Assembly (NCBI GenBank): GCA_002269645.1
Contig: NIVC01001402.1
Span: 232,562-296,561, forward strand
Source of the DNA: Macrostomum lignano
Taxonomy: Eukaryota
Direction of reading: 5' to 3'
Length of the DNA stretch: 64,000 nucleotides
Under the pieces are notes generated by a model. That model was given only the letters and a program-made list of their open reading frames with translations, ran no database searches and was not told the origin of the DNA. The translations under genes and the position numbers were made by a program. Positions 24,204-35,393 of this stretch are shown here, one piece after another (the first letter of the stretch is position 1; every line of letters begins with the position of its first letter).

Positions 24204-27200
24204 ATGCTTCAGCGGTTCCTGAGTTCTATCATCGCTGTAATGATGCAGCCATTTCTACGCTCTGATGAGGACGCAGAATACGCAGAAGCAGTGCTAGCAA
24301 GAAATTTTCGAGAACTTCGCCGGCTACTGGGCAGGGAACCGGACGGTGGTCGACCAATTTTAGTGTTAGGCGGGTGCACAACGCCAATGCACATTGCTTG
24401 TGAAATCGGAGACGAAGCAGCAGTGAGCAGGTTTATCGCCAACCAAGTGGACGTCAATGTTCAACGAGGTGACGGCTGCTCGCCCGTCTTCATTGCAGCA
24501 CACAACGGGCGTGACGGAATTCTGGCCTTACTGATCAGAGCGCAGGCCGATGTCGACATCCAGCAATGGAAGGGAGTATCGCCACTTTACACTGCATCGC
24601 AGCAAGGCCTCGACCGAGTGGTCGAGCTTCTTCTCAGAGCAAAGGCGGACGTGGACCTTCAAACCAAAATAGGTGAGTCGCCGATTTACATAGCGGCGCA
24701 GAACAACCACGATCGCATTGTGAGAGCGCTGATTCATGCGCAAGCTCGCGTGAACATTCAGCGAGACAGTGGGGAGACGCCTCTGTACATGGCATCTCAA
24801 AACGGTCACGCCGATGTGGCAGACTTGCTAATCAAAGCACAGGCTGAAGCCAATCGTCAACAAAAACGCGGTGTTGCACCGCTGCACATTGCGGCCCAAC
24901 AAGGGCACGCTCGAATCGTGAGTTTGCTGATAGACGCAGGAGCTGCGGTTGATCTTCAAGATATCGATGGAACGTCAGCACTTCACTTGGCGTCGCAATT
25001 CGGTCACGAAACGGTGGCTAAATTTCTGCTCAATGCCAATGCAAGTCTCAACATTCAGCGAACCACGGGCTCGTCTCCACTATATCTCGCATCAACAGGC
25101 GGTCACGAACGCATCGTTAACTTGCTAATTAAAGAGCAAGCTGATGTCAACCTTCGGGCAATGAAGGGGACTGCGCCTCTGCAGGCTGCGTCGCAGATGG
25201 GCCATTTTCGAATTGCAAATGCTCTCATCAGAGCCCAGGCTGATGTTGACATTCAGAATGACACTGGCTCGACATCGCTGCTTTTTGCAGCTCAATTCGG
25301 TCGGACTGGCATCGTTGAGTCTCTGATAAAATCGCAAGCCAATCCTAATCTCTTAAGGTCCACCGGCTCGTCGCCACTGTTCATGGCATCCCAGAATGGC
25401 CACCTTGACACCGTAAAACTACTAATTATGGCACAAGCCGACTTTAATGTTCAAAATGATATGGGCTTAACTCCTCTTCACATTGCATCAAACAACGGTC
25501 ACTACCGCATCGTTGACTTGCTAGTCAGGGTGCGCGCTGACCTTAATACGCTAACAAAGAACGGCGAGTCGGCACTTGACATTGCCTCACGGAATCGGCA
25601 TTCAGGGATCGCAAAGTTGCTAGCTGAAGCCGAGGGTCCCAGTAGAACATGCGAGAGGCCTTCTGTGACGTCAGTGGAGCCCAAAGAGGGTTCTCGGTAA
25701 GAAACTGCATGGGCGCTTTTTAAATTTATGTAGCGCAATCTCAAGGGCAATCTCAAAATCTCAAAATCGAATCTTTGAGTAAAAGGGTGACTAAAAATTG
25801 AGATTTAAATTTACAATATTTCGCACTTTAAAAGGTCATAAGCAACTTGGTAATGTTCTCAAATAGCTGCAATCGTTCACCCTATTCAGTGACTCGGAAA
25901 CGCATTCAGTGGACGATAAGCTCAGTAAGCAGCTGCACAAAAGGCTCAGTCAAGCGGGCTTTGTTGACTCCCGCGCTTCGCTGCAAAGCGCGCTGGGCGA
26001 CGTCCTGCAGCAGATTTTGCAGAAGCGAATCGGCAATCTTAACATTGTATTTGTCGTTGGGAGCTACTCAGAAGGCTGGGGCAACAATCTGGTGACGCTT
26101 AACGGCAGAACGGATATCGAGTCCGATATTGACGTCATGCAGCTGATTCTGGGCAGGCTGTACCACCTCAGGGATTGGTGTCAATGCCGAGAAGTTAAAA
26201 TATCCGATGCGGTTGAATACCGGAATGGCCACATTTTTGTGCAGGGCTTCGGTAAGGTTTTACTTCACGCATGTTTCTATTTAACAAAATGGTGCGCCTG
26301 ACTTTTGTGTGAGTCTGCATGCGCTCTTTTTCGATCCAATCATCATTGACAAGTCACAATGGTAAGGGGGAACGAAACACGTCAGTAATAATTTTCGACA
26401 AAAAAATCGGCTTTTTTAAAGTATAAGAGATCACTTCAGATATTAAGGACGATTGAGTTTTTACTTCTTTATGAATTTTTTAATATAAAGTTTTGAAAGT
26501 AAACCGACTTTTTTCTTCAGCGTCAAACCCTGCTCAAACTTCGCACGGAACAGCCCTGAGACCATCTGTTGATCACGTGCCCGCATGCCGCCTCTGCTGC
26601 TACCCTTCAATTGCACCGCTGCTTCCGGACCGAGCATCAAAGTCGCATATCCGGTCGCAAGTTCTTGACGCACTGAGAAAAGAACTCGAAACCTCACCCT
26701 GCCATGCAGTTCACGCCGCCTCTCCCACAAAGCGAGGCGAGGAACTTCGTTTGAGCACCACATTTCTTGAAAGGAGGCTGTTGCGAAGTCTCACAACTCT
26801 ACAGGGCCAGCTGTTTGTCACGCTGAAATATCTTGTCAAGAAAGTGATTTGCCCGAGGGTAAACGGCATGAAAGCTTATCACGCGAAAACGGTCACTTTT
26901 CGCATGCTGGAAGAAACTGCACAAAGTGAATGGAAGCCGGAAAACTTTGTGAAGCTCCTGAGACGCGCTCTGAAAATGCTGCTGAATAGCGTGATGAAAA
27001 GCTCCATTCAGGACAAAAGGGAGACGAACAAGGATGGAGAAGTCATGGAACACTTTTTCCTCTGCGATGCTGCCATTTACCTGAAGGGCGCCAACTCCAG
27101 AGACGCGCAGGAAATCGCAAATGTGCTGAAGGACGTACTAGAAAACTTGCACCAACACCTTAATGATTTGATGAACTACGTGCAGCCCACTGATGCTTCG

Positions 27201-27932
27201 GGCAGGTTTGCATTCCACCCGTTCCTTATCCTTCCGATTCTGGACCACAAGCCGGTGTCAAGCAAAGGCAGCATAGAATATCACCAGATCTATGATGTAG
27301 TGCGGGAAGGTATTTGCCAGCTTTGCTTCTCTGATTGCGGTGCCGAATCCCAAGAAGCGCTGATGAAGCTGATTGGCAGGCTGCCCGTGTGCGCCCGTTC
27401 AGCTCGAGAGGCCCTCAGGGCTCTGGCCTTCCTCAAGTTTGAACAGTCTGACTCTGCCTTAAAAGTGCTCACAAACTGCGAGTGGTTTCGCGTGAGTAGA
27501 GGAATCGACTGGCCAGAGCGGAGCCGCATCACTGATGCCACACCTGAATTCGTGTGGAAGCATCTAAAGTCTTGCGATTCGGCCTGGAAGTTTTGCTTTG
27601 AGTTCAAAGAGATTCCGACTTTAAAGTTCCTACCGAAGCCATTGTCCAGCTGCTGCATCATCAATCTGGAGCACGTTGCTTACGACTGTTACTATGTCAA
27701 CTTTGAAGCAGTGCTGCAGACTTTGCGGCTTGAGCTGAGCTCCAACAGAGTCATGGCCGACAAGTGGGTGGAAGATGTTTTGAACCGCGAAGACGCCGAT
27801 GGCCAGGAGATGCTGCTCTGTGCTCTGTCCTGCACCAGCTCGGAGCAGCTTTCCAAAGTGTCTGGGAAATTGAAATCCGCAGCCTATCTGAATGCCCACG
27901 CCGACAGGCTCTTGTTGGAGAAGGTGAGGTGA
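24204..27932 (+). CDS. Ankyrin-repeat / cGAS-like receptor (Mab-21 nucleotidyltransferase) fusion protein, 1088 aa; exons 24204..25696, 25890..26251, 26521..27932
   Basis: 13 ankyrin repeats at 33-aa spacing. Phase-2 intron CG|GTAAGA...cctattcag|T joins the ANK ORF in frame to an exon with VVGSYSEG..SDIDVM (GS plus DxD). Phase-1 intron G|GTAAGG...cttcag|CG leads to VDHVPA (third Asp), RLSTTFLERRLL, LKYL..MKAYHAKTVTFRMLE..W..LL..L..MEHFF, the Mab-21 C-lobe pattern. Joined length 3267 nt is divisible by 3. Confidence 0.87.
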
Positions 27933-28645
27933 TTTTCAGACAAATTAAATTCAAATAAAATATTTTTCTTGCTGGCCTTGCAGATTCCCATTGTGGATCC
28001 CAGATGTACGAGCGTGTCTGAAATAATAATAGGGATGCTGTAGCATCCCTGCCTCATCTAAATTTTTCCTTCACCTTAACTACTGTTATTGTTGCTTTAA
28101 TTCACTTTGAAAATCCTCAAATTTCGCAGGAGGTGAAGCTTTCACGCCAGGAGACTATCCGCTTTGTTGGAAAAATATGAAGCAAAATTCGAAGACATGA
28201 AGCATCAGTTTGTTACTTTAACCTATGCTATGACTAACTTCCTGTAGAGTAGCAATTGTGAGAATTTTCTCATGTCCTACAGATTCGTTAAGTATGCCAG
28301 CCGAAAACATTCCTAAGAAATAAAGTAAAATAGCAAAAGATAACAAAAGTACAGACCGCCTCTTCAGAAATAGGAATGTCAACTTTGCCCCTATGGGACC
28401 GGCAATGAGTGCAGAATAATCGAAAAGCCCATCTCTATGTCTCACGAGACCCCAGTGGGATAATATAGGATAAATAGGTATCTCATGTCAGCTTAGGGCA
28501 CCAGAATGGAAGCAATGTATCAGATTTTATCGCGACCCAATAAACCACTGCTCCGCCTCAATCAACAATTGTTGTTGTTGCTGTTGTTGATGTTGTTGTT
28601 GTTTTTATTGTTGTTGTTGACCTATGCGCTTATAACGTGGTCCTA

Positions 28646-28898
28646 CTACGCCTTTTCACGTTCAATTTTGATCAAAGTCCAGTTCTAAAAAAACTAGCGG
28701 AAATTCATTTAAGACAGTTAAGGCTGGGGACAATTTTGTCTATGGCTAAACCTTGCTTCGATGGCAGAATGTTTTGAACTGGGATTTGTTTTTATTGATT
28801 TTCCGTAAGCGCTGCCCCAGTCTGAATTGTCTGAATTGAATTTCCGCTAGTTTTTTTAGAACTGGACTTTGATCTAAATTGAACGTGAAAAGGTGTAG
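28646..28898. mobile_element. MITE, about 253 bp, with about 85-bp terminal inverted repeats
   Basis: CTACGCCTTTTCACGTTCAATTTTGATCAAAGTCCAGTTCTAAAAAAACTAGCGGAAATTCA... is mirrored by ...TGAATTTCCGCTAGTTTTTTTAGAACTGGACTTTGATCTAAATTGAACGTGAAAAGGTGTAG. Left flank TA, right flank CA. Confidence 0.8.
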
Positions 28899-29345
28899 CA
28901 TTGGGGCAGCAACCTAAGGCCAAAGTCGCTGGGTCTTCAAGACCATTAGTAGAGAGAGGACAGCAAACACTTTACGTCTAGAGAAGAATATTTCCCCTTA
29001 CATTCTAATACATACCCCTGCATACTTCTGAATCCTCCTACATTCTCCTACATCCTTTTACATTCTCCTACATCCTTTTACATTCTCACACATCTTGCTA
29101 CACTTCAGACAAGAGAACAAACAAATCTGGCATTCGGTCATCAGTTGTATTTTAATTATAAAGATGGTTCAAAGTTTGCAAGAGCCATTCTGAATTTGGC
29201 TAATTTGCATTTAAGCGGATAATAATATTTCAGAAATTATTTTGTGGATCGTGAGAATTGAGTTGCATTGAGTTACATTTTTGATCAATAAATAGTCTGA
29301 TGACCGACCGGGTGGACCCAGCTGCCGCTGTGCCGCTGAGAAGGC

Positions 29346-30185
29346 TCACATCATCTCACTGACCATGACTTTCGGATCACCTGAAAACGCAAAGTTACTT
29401 TCATCAGAGGAAAATACTTCTTAGTAAAACGTTTCTAGTTTTCTATTGCAATTTGGCATCTCAATTTTGTTGAATCAGAACGGGAGAAGGTGTAAAAATA
29501 ATCCGCAAGCTCTAACGATACCTTTGCCGGTTTTGTTGCCAAATAGCAGGTCCTTCACCGCCGGCAGGGCTTCGCACGAGGCCGTGAGCCTGAAGCTGCC
29601 CACGAACCGCTTGGTCGTGCTGCACTGGAGAACGTCCCCGACTTCCTTGACTCCCTCCAGCTCATTTTCATCAGTAGTTCGGCAGCGAGTGAGCACAGTT
29701 GACGCGCCCGGCTGCTGCTCCTCCAGACTCCGCCGGCAGCTCTCATCCAGGAGGCCCCTGGCTGCAGCGGCCAGTTCTTGTGGAAACAGCTCCAGGCGCG
29801 GAAAGGCGCAGATGAGCTCGATTTTGGAGTCCAGCCAGACTTCATAGCTGCAGCTCATTGCCGCAGATTCCGAGTCCTTGCTGAAGAACAGCTCCAGCTG
29901 CCTGCCGCCGGTAGCCACCTTGCACGCGGAGAACTCCCAGCCCTTGTGCATCGCCAGGCTCAGCGCTCTCGCCAGCTCCTCGTCAAAGAATTCCCAAGCC
30001 TTCAGCTGCTCGCCCGCCCCCGAGGCGCCACAGGCGGTCTTCAGCTGCTGCATGGCGATGTCTTTAAAAGGGTAATTCGAGCACGGACCACACAGGCTCA
30101 GCAGCAGCAGGGGCGCTGCGAGAGGCGCTCGGATCCAGGCTGACAGCAGCATCTGGGAATTGGGGGCAAGGTGCAGGTCAGACAT
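29346..30185 (-). CDS. Orphan protein, 232 aa; exons 30185..29522 and 29380..29346; function unknown
   Basis: Long non-repetitive GC-rich ORF starting at ATG with balanced composition. Phase-1 donor G|GTATCG matches acceptor ttttcag|GT, giving ...GNKTGKGDPKVMVSEMM*. Confidence 0.6.
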
Positions 30186-30738
30186 TTGCTTCTACTAGTG
30201 GCATTTTGCCTCTTGAATTGGTGCGCTTTTCTATAGGATTTGGGATTTAAAATGAGTCAGAGTGAAAAGCAGTTCTATCTTATTTTTTCTATCTTCTACT
30301 TACCTCTAATCAGACAAACTGTCGGTCGATCTCTGTTGAGAAAATGATTCAACTTTCCGTTTCTATATTGAGATTTGAATTGGGAAGGGGTGCTGCGAGC
30401 TTGACGCACCGTCTGCAGAGAAACGACTGGCCGCGTACTGCGAGCTTTGCCACACAGGCTAGCATTGCTTGCTTGCTTGCTTCTCGCTGCCATAGATAGA
30501 ATTCCGCATAGTGCATTCTTATTTGAGCCAGCGTGCGGGAATGATGTAAATCGTGCAGGAATGATATTGTCTATGGCCGAACTTCATCAAAACACCCAAC
30601 AGAGAGAGGTGACACATTTTACGCATTTATTTAATTATGTATGACAACAGTTGGTACAGAAACGATCGGGACACAACTATATAAAATACAGAAGCAATGT
30701 CAACTGTCAAATACACAACTTGCCAGAGCGTCGAGGCC

Positions 30739-31860
30739 TTACTCAAAAGTAAATTGCACAATGTTGTTGGTACCGTCGGCTACAATCTTCAGCTTTTTTG
30801 ACGGTGCGGCAATTCGCAATGCAGAAGCTGTGCCCTAAGGCTGCTCGGATATTTCCACTATTTCGGCCGACCCGTTGCCGCTAGCTCTTTCAATTGATGG
30901 CCTATGCCCAGCGAGAGCCTCTGTCAAGTGGTTGCTCATCTTGGCCATGATCTCTTTCTTCCTTGCCTGATGTACCTTTCCACCGATGTACTTGTCTGCA
31001 AATCAATAATGGAACATGGATGATTTTTAGATAATTTAGGATATGACACCATTTGTTTTAATTAGCTAATGTAAATTTGGAAATTAACTTGTGCCCAGTC
31101 ACCTTCGCGATAGTCTCTGTCGGAGTTCCAGCTTCGTGTAGCTCCGTCACTACAGTAGGCCGTACACAATGCGCTGTATAGGGTCGCGACATCTCGGCAC
31201 TAGCAGATATGCACTTTAGCATGGGTCCTAGCGTATTGATGCCTATTGCCTGTTTTGTGTACCACAGGCCATCGGAGCCTGCACGCGGCCTCGGTCGCAG
31301 GAAAAAATCTGATCCATTCCATCCAGGCACTTGCTTTATTTTTGGCACAGCTAAAACTACAGGCGAAACGGGAAAACGGGACAAGATTTCCAGTCTGCCA
31401 ATTCCACCATTATAGCTTGCTTGCTCTTCTTCATGTCCATTGATCCGTGGACATTCTTGCTGGTTCCAACTTGTAGAACGATGATGGCTTCTCTTCCTCC
31501 GCCAGACTCTTCTCGGAAAAGTAGCAGTTAGTCCTCTAAGCCATTCCCGGCCCCAATTACCAAAATAAAATAGTACATTGAAATAAACTTCATCTTGCAG
31601 TTTAGTTGGATTTCTCCTGTCAAAATACTTGCGAAGTTTAGCCAGGTCTTCCGCCTGTTGGACCCTCTCTCCAAGACGCAAGAAAGCATTGCAGGCATGC
31701 TTCAATGTTTGATTGGCAGAATGAAATAGCGGCTCATTGATGATATCCAGGGAGCAAAGCTTCATAAAGTGCCGATATAGACCGGCGTGAATTCCCACGC
31801 CACAAGCGTAGGCGAATAGAACGTGCCGTCAGACTTTTTTAGACAGGCGTAAAATAGCAA
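30739..31860 (-). pseudogene. Decayed Crypton-type (DUF3504-like) tyrosine recombinase
   Basis: KSDGTFYSPT..GIHAGLYRHF, NPTKLQDEVYFNVLFYFGNWGRE.LRGL, FFLRP..WYTKQAIGINTLGPMLKCIS..YTAHCVRPTVVTELHEAG..IAKVTGHK, then after an intron-like gap TSVERYIR..KEIMAKMSNHL. Frameshifts and an in-frame TAG are present. Confidence 0.8.
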
Positions 31861-32124
31861 AGGAATTTCGCTAGTTGCTCCAGTGTTGCAGTTTGTAGGT
31901 CCATAATTATGTTGTTCTCAACTTAACTTTCAGCCATTGATGCACTCGTTAGCGTTCAAGATTTATTCATTCTACTTGTTTTTCAAATTGCAGCCTTTTG
32001 TATGGACTATGAGATTGGCTTCCAGTTCTATTCTCGCTACTCTTTAGTAGGCAATCGCTCATGAGAAAAATGTATATTCTATAGAATCACAAAGCATTTG
32101 TATTCTGATCAAAGCATCACGTCT

Positions 32125-32997
32125 CAATCAGGTGTCTGCAATCAGGTGTCTGCAATCAGGTGTCTGCAATCAGGTGTCTGCAATCAGGTGTCTGCAATCA
32201 GGTGTCTGCAATCAGGTGTCTGCAATCAGGTGTCTGCAATCAGGTGTCTGCAATCAGGTGTCTGCAATCAGGTGTCTGCAATCAGGTGTCTGCAATCAGG
32301 TGTCTGCAATCAGGTGTCTGCAATCAGGTGTCTGCAATCAGGTGTCTGCAATCAGGTGTCTGCAATCAGGTGTCTGCAATCAGGTGTCTGCAATCAGGTG
32401 TCTGCAATCAGGTGTCTGCAATCAGGTGTCTGCAATCAGGTGTCTGCAATCAGGTGTCTGCAATCAGGTGTCTGCAATCAGGTGTCTGCAATCAGGTGTC
32501 TGCAATCAGGTGTCTGCAATCAGGTGTCTGCAATCAGGTGTCTGCAATCAGGTGTCTGCAATCAGGTGTCTGCAATCAGGTGTCTGCAATCAGGTGTCTG
32601 CAATCAGGTGTCTGCAATCAGGTGTCTGCAATCAGGTGTCTGCAATCAGGTGTCTGCAATCAGGTGTCTGCAATCAGGTGTCTGCAATCAGGTGTCTGCA
32701 ATCAGGTGTCTGCAATCAGGTGTCTGCAATCAGGTGTCTGCAATCAGGTGTCTGCAATCAGGTGTCTGCAATCAGGTGTCTGCAATCAGGTGTCTGCAAT
32801 CAGGTGTCTGCAATCAGGTGTCTGCAATCAGGTGTCTGCAATCAGGTGTCTGCAATCAGGTGTCTGCAATCAGGTGTCTGCAATCAGGTGTCTGCAATCA
32901 GGTGTCTGCAATCAGGTGTCTGCAATCAGGTGTCTGCAATCAGGTGTCTGCAATCAGGTGTCTGCAATCAGGTGTCTGCAATCAGGTGTCTGCAATC
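32125..32997. repeat. Near-perfect 14-bp minisatellite (CAATCAGGTGTCTG, about 62 copies)
   Basis: Directly visible. Confidence 0.97.
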
Positions 32998-33704
32998 ACG
33001 TCTCTATGTGTATTTTTGACTTAAAGTCAATCTATCGATAAGAAGGCCTAAAAATCGCATTCAAAATGTTACATTCTCATTTTATCAATGACTCCGCAAC
33101 ATCTTAGAAGCGTTTGATACTTAGTCTGACAATTTATGAAGCCAACCTTACCGCGGCTTCATTATTCCTGCTTATTTGAGCTTGCCTGCTCATCTCCCAG
33201 TTTTTTGTGCTCAGCTAATGAACAGCCCCCGCTGAGATCTCTGCCGACTCCGCCCCCACTCCGCCTCGTCCCCGCCTCCCGCTGTGTTGCCAGGGAGCAT
33301 TTCTATTCGCCTCTTCTCCCAGGTGCTCTCAAGGTGCTCCGGAATTGCCTCGGCGCCTGTGGCGATTGGCGGCAGGCTTTGGGTAGCCGCACGCGCCGGC
33401 TCACAGCGGCTGCGCAGTGTGCAGCCAGGCGGGCCGCTCTGAGCTGACTTGACAATTATTCCCATAGACATGCATTGGGGGCTCTTCAGCTGGCCGTGAT
33501 CGGCCACTTGAGGCACTCGGCGGAGCGGCAAGGAGTCTGGGGGGTTCTCAAGTTAATTGCATGTTTTTTATCTGAGCTGATTAAAAACTGACTGGGAAAT
33601 GCTGGGCTTTAGAAGAGCAATAAATGCACGAGAATCAAGCCTTTTCAATCATCAATAGATACGAGTGGCATCTCGCACAGAATCACTGCTCCAACCTCAT
33701 CTCT

Positions 33705-34025
33705 TATAGACAGCTCTAATGGCATCTCTTACAGACAGCTCTAGTGGCATCTCTTACAGACAGCTCTAGTGGCATCTCTTACAGACAGCTCTAATGGCAT
33801 CTCTTACAGACAGCTCTAGTGGAATCTCTTACAGACAGCTCTAGTGGCATCTCTTACAGACAGCTCTAATGGCATTTCTTACAGACAGCTCTAGTGGCAT
33901 CTCTTACAGACAGCTCTAATGGCATTTCTTACAGACAGCTCTAATGGCATCTCTTACAGACAGCTCTAGTGGAATCTCTTACAGACAGCTCTAGTGGCAT
34001 CTCTTACAGGCAGCTCCAATGGCAT
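33705..34025. repeat. 25-bp minisatellite (GGCATCTCTTACAGACAGCTCTAGT, about 12 copies)
   Basis: Directly visible. Confidence 0.93.
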
Positions 34026-34373
34026 CCCTCAGTCAGTCAATGGCAGATACAATTATCACAGCGCATCCCAAACCAAGAAGATGTTTCCTCAAACTCAGGC
34101 TCAGCCGTCTTTCACTCCGCTAAGAGCGAGTCAATCAGGAAAATCACGTCCCGATCCTTTTCCAGCCCCTAATTATCGCGTAATTTCGGAGCGGCTTCCA
34201 CTCGGTTTTCTCGGCTCTCCTGCAGGGATAAAAATCCTCTTTGCGTGACAAATCCGCATCTTGCGACCGCTGTGAAAAACAGGCAAAATGGCTGTCCCGC
34301 TGGAGTTTACTGGCAGAGGAGCAGCGAGAAGAAGCTCACGGCCCAGCGAGCCGTCCATGCAGCCACTTCGGGT

Positions 34374-35320
34374 GGGTCGCCATCATAAGCTCGAAAAGTC
34401 ATGAGCTCGAAAACTCACATCGTCGAAACAGGACTCCATCATAAGCTCGAAAAGTCATGAGCTCGAAAACTCACATCGTCGAAACAGGGCTCCATCACAA
34501 GCTCGAAAACTCACAAGCTCGAAAACTCACATCGTCGAAACAGGACTCCATCATAAGCTCGAAAAGTCATGAGCTCGAAAACTCACATCGTCGAAACAGG
34601 GCTCCATCACAAGCTCGAAAACTCACAAGCTCGAAAACTCACATCGTCGAAAAGTTTAGCAACCACCATCACAAGCTAGAAAACTCACAAGCTCGAAAAA
34701 TCACATCGTCGAAAACTGACTTAGCAATCACCATCACAAGCTCGAAAACTCACAAGCTCGAAAACTCACATCGTCGAAAAGTTTAGCAACCACCATCACA
34801 AGCTCGAAAACTCACAAGCTCGAAAAATCATATCGTCGAAAAGTTTAGTAAACATCATCACAAGCTCGAAAAGGCACAAGCTCTAACCCTAGCCCCAAGG
34901 CACTAACCCTAACCCTTAGAGGGTTAAGTAAGAGGCACCAGTACCCTAGCCTAACCCTGAACCATAACCCTAACCCCAACCCTAGCCTGACCCTAAACCC
35001 TAACTTAAAGGCACTAGTTCTAACCCCAACCCTAAACTAACCCTAAGCCCTAACCCTAAGGCACAAGCTGTAACCCTAACCCTATTCAAGCTTGTGATGG
35101 TGGTTGCTAACCTTTTCGACAATGTGACTTTTCGAGCTTGTGTTGGTGGTTGCTAAACTTTTCGACGATGTGATTTTTCGAGCCTATGACTTTTCGAGCT
35201 TGTGATGGTGGCTGCTAAATCAGTTTTCGACGATATGATTTTTCGAGCTTATGACTTTTCGAGGTTGTGATGGTGGATGCTTTTCGACGATGTGATTTTT
35301 CGAGCTTGTGATGGGCCCCC
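34374..35320. mobile_element. Non-autonomous foldback DNA transposon (947 bp) with subterminal repeats and a telomere-like core
   Basis: 8-bp direct repeat CTTCGGGT at 34366-34373 and 35321-35328. Termini GGGTCGCCATCATAAGCTCG and (reverse complement) GGGGGCCCATCACAAGCTCG match at 16/20. Arms of AAGCTCGAAAA/CATCGTCGAAAA units face opposite ways; degenerate CCCTAA repeats at about 34881-35082. Confidence 0.8.
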
Positions 35321-35393
35321 CTTCGGGTTGCAGGCCCGGAATGCTTCAATTTTGTCTTCTTCTGGCCACCAGGCTTAAACTGCTGTTTTTTAG

